Shown here in pieces: positions 61,784 through 64,000 of a DNA stretch of 64,000 nucleotides. Where the stretch lies: the NCBI GenBank assembly GCA_965205865.1, contig CBDBHR010000030.1, positions 992,001 through 1,056,000 on the forward strand. The letters are read 5' to 3'. Below the pieces are notes generated by a model. The model saw nothing but the letters and a program-made list of their open reading frames with translations, was not told the DNA's origin and did not search any database. The stretch's first letter is position 1, and each line of letters starts with the position of its first letter. The stretch comes from a bacterium (lineage in GTDB: Bacteria; SAR324; NAC60-12). Position numbers and translations under genes: made by a program.

Positions 61784-63328
61784 TCATTGAACATCATTCC
61801 TTGTCGGTTCTTTTGACATAGCTTTTTTGTATTCGACAATCCATTTTTCGGCTTCCTCCCTGGTATATGCCCCGGTATTATCGTGGTTATTTTCTGGTAG
61901 ATTATTGCTTATCGGCTTGCCAATATGTGGTTCCAACTTCTTTCGCAATTCCCTCGCTTTTTCATCGGACAATTCTTCGACGATGGAGTCGAGTTCTTTA
62001 TTCGTTAATCCACCCGCGAAAATTACTGTGGATAGGTCACTCTGCTGGTCGATTGATTGTCTCATAATTTTTTCAAACTCAACGTATTGATACAATTGAC
62101 ATCTAACCCCTTGCAATTGGGTCCCAATTAGATTAGCTTCTTGTAACTGTGCCACGCTAAGAATAGCCCCTTGTAACTTTGCCAGAGTGAGATCAACCCC
62201 TTGTAATTGTGTCCCCATCATTTCTGCCCCGTACAATATTGCACCGTAAAGGGAAGCCCCGTGCAACTTTGCACTGTTAAGTGTAGCCCCATGCAATTGT
62301 GCCTTGTAAAGAATAGCCCCTTGCAGGTGAGTGTTAGTCAAATTAACCTCATGAAGGTGCGCACCGAACAAAATAACCTCTTGTAACTGCGCTTCTATAA
62401 GAACAGTCTTTTGTAAGCTCGCTCGGGTCAGATTGGCCTTTCTCAATCGAGCTCCTCTGAGATTGGCTCCGTTGAGCCAGCTTTCCTGCAAGTTGATAGG
62501 AAGACCTTCGAAAACGTCATGATCCTGCACGAAAAGGAGGGTCAACAGGCTTTGCATTTCTTGGGAGGGTTTCGACTGGTGGGTATTGCGATACTTGTCA
62601 TCGCCCGTCGTGCGGCGAATATGGGCGCATAAAATGTCCAAGACGGTTTGACGCAAATCCGGGGTGTCCTGTGCCAGATGAAAGCGCTCGTCGGCGCCGT
62701 CCGAACTGCGCATCCTTTGGAGAGCTTCCTTCTTAGTGTCTTGCGCCAGATGAAAGAGTTCATAGGCACCCCCCAGGCGCACGGAATCCGAGTCGTTTCC
62801 CAGGTGCTCGATGGCATTTTTAAGGCGTTCCTGTCGCAGCCCCTTTTCGGTGTTCTGAACTGTGCCTTCCATCGCATTGGCTCGTCTGTAGGACATCAAG
62901 GCTTGCAGAGCGACCAACACGCCACCCATACCGATTCCGAGAAATGTGAGGATTTCGTTTTTTTGCTTTCGCTCGGTTAAGCCTAAAAGCGTACCAATAT
63001 ACTCTTCAACAGTCTTGGAAAACATGACGGACACGAAACCCACCAGCAGCAAAACAAGGAGACCGATAATACTGACCATCAAGGTTGAAGAAGAAAAAAA
63101 GCGCCGAAAGATCAAAGAGAGATTCCTCGAAAATTTCCGGACAGTGTGACGAAACCAATGGTAACTACGACGAATCCGAGATTGGGTTTCAAAGACACCG
63201 ATAAGAAAAATTTTAGAAAATTTCATCACATATTTCCGGATAGTGTGATGAAATCGATGGTAAACACGGTGCATCCAAGATCGGATTTTAAGGTATGAAG
63301 GTATCTTGCTTTTGGAATTCTCTGTCAT
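61784..63328 (-). CDS. Membrane-anchored pentapeptide-repeat protein
   Basis: Two hydrophobic segments, AIEHLG...VRLGGAYEL, long A(x)L(x)G pentapeptide run. Confidence 0.85.
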   Translation of the reverse strand: MTENSKSKIPSYLKIRSWMHRVYHRFHHTIRKYVMKFSKIFLIGVFETQSRIRRSYHWFRHTVRKFSRNLSLIFRRFFSSSTLMVSIIGLLVLLLVGFVSVMFSKTVEEYIGTLLGLTERKQKNEILTFLGIGMGGVLVALQALMSYRRANAMEGTVQNTEKGLRQERLKNAIEHLGNDSDSVRLGGAYELFHLAQDTKKEALQRMRSSDGADERFHLAQDTPDLRQTVLDILCAHIRRTTGDDKYRNTHQSKPSQEMQSLLTLLFVQDHDVFEGLPINLQESWLNGANLRGARLRKANLTRASLQKTVLIEAQLQEVILFGAHLHEVNLTNTHLQGAILYKAQLHGATLNSAKLHGASLYGAILYGAEMMGTQLQGVDLTLAKLQGAILSVAQLQEANLIGTQLQGVRCQLYQYVEFEKIMRQSIDQQSDLSTVIFAGGLTNKELDSIVEELSDEKARELRKKLEPHIGKPISNNLPENNHDNTGAYTREEAEKWIVEYKKAMSKEPTRNDVQ

Positions 63329-63418
63329 CTTTTATTTTCCGTTTTGATAGGATGGTGCGCCTCGTTTACTTTGAAATATTCTTCGACAATTTATCTTAGA
63401 TCCTACAGTAACGAGCAA

Positions 63419-64000
63419 TCACTCAGTGAGGTGACAGATTCCATCGAATTGGATGATATAGGGCTCAACATTTGAATATTGCTTACGACGCTGTCCTTTG
63501 AATTTGACCCGCAACTTCTTTGATTTCAGAAGTATCAAATCTAATTTGAGTATATCTTCACACGTATTTGAAAGTTGCAAATAGAGCACGGATACCAATC
63601 GGACGAATTTTTGGAATCTTTCCGTCTCTCTTCCATAGGATCGATAGAGATCCGGGATTGGAGATTCGGAAAATTGGAGGATATTTTCATATTGTGATGA
63701 AGTACGACCAAGAATTTGATTCTCTAGCAGTTGATTGTATACATTGATTGTATAAGGATTAGTGGTTTCCGGCTTTTCATTAAGAAGAATCCTTTTTGCA
63801 CGTATTTCAGCAATCTCATCTGGTGAAATGCCGGCTAACCCTATCTCCTTGGATAGACCGAAGTTTTGCCTTCCACTATCTTCCTTCAGAACGACTTCCC
63901 AAACGGTTTGAGAACCGGACATGGTTTGAGTCACCTCCTGTGGACTGACCCACGCTGCATCTTCCTCTAATGCAAAAGCAAAATTAGGACGAGCAAACCT
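63419..64000 (-). CDS. Hypothetical protein, C-terminal part (5' end outside the window)
   Basis: Frame is open from 64000 to the stop at 63419. Confidence 0.65.
   Translation of the reverse strand, partial: RFARPNFAFALEEDAAWVSPQEVTQTMSGSQTVWEVVLKEDSGRQNFGLSKEIGLAGISPDEIAEIRAKRILLNEKPETTNPYTINVYNQLLENQILGRTSSQYENILQFSESPIPDLYRSYGRETERFQKFVRLVSVLYLQLSNTCEDILKLDLILLKSKKLRVKFKGQRRKQYSNVEPYIIQFDGICHLTE

Noticed and set aside
1-64000. tRNA, rRNA or integrase marking the island boundary
   Set aside because: None recognised by eye; tRNAscan-SE or Infernal would be needed to exclude them

Overview
Bacterial chromosomal window with three zones. (1) Housekeeping core, about 5-24 kb: HtrA protease, ribD-reductase/ribBA, rlmB, rodA, IscA/BolA, gyrA, an atypical DnaA paralogue, and a minus-strand run rplY-pth-rpsF-rpsR-rplI-dnaB-EAL. 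(2) Visibly GC-richer family-5 peptide/nickel ABC transporter genes: four solute-binding proteins and permeases at 0-3, 26-28, 31.6-36 and 47.5-50 kb. These are embedded in segmental duplications, MITEs, REP-like palindromes and tandem arrays, with CIRCE-controlled hsp20, ispG and an aminotransferase in between. (3) A decaying defence island, about 41-64 kb: type II R-M, Schlafen/AlbA_2 plus ParA, a tandem TIR pair, a SEFIR/TIR protein, an intact Ubl / Cys-less E2 / JAB-E1 operon, DUF2971, FRG-TPR and a pentapeptide-repeat protein, with many relics. Best candidates for new biology: the compact ubiquitination-like operon whose Ubl ends in Ala and whose E2 has no cysteine, and a DnaA paralogue lacking Walker B, sensor 1 and arginine-finger residues, preceded by two CsrA-type AAGGAG hexaloop hairpins. 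The gene content is compatible with a deltaproteobacteria-like (e.g. SAR324-type) genome, but that is inference. All family calls are by motif recognition; no searches were run.
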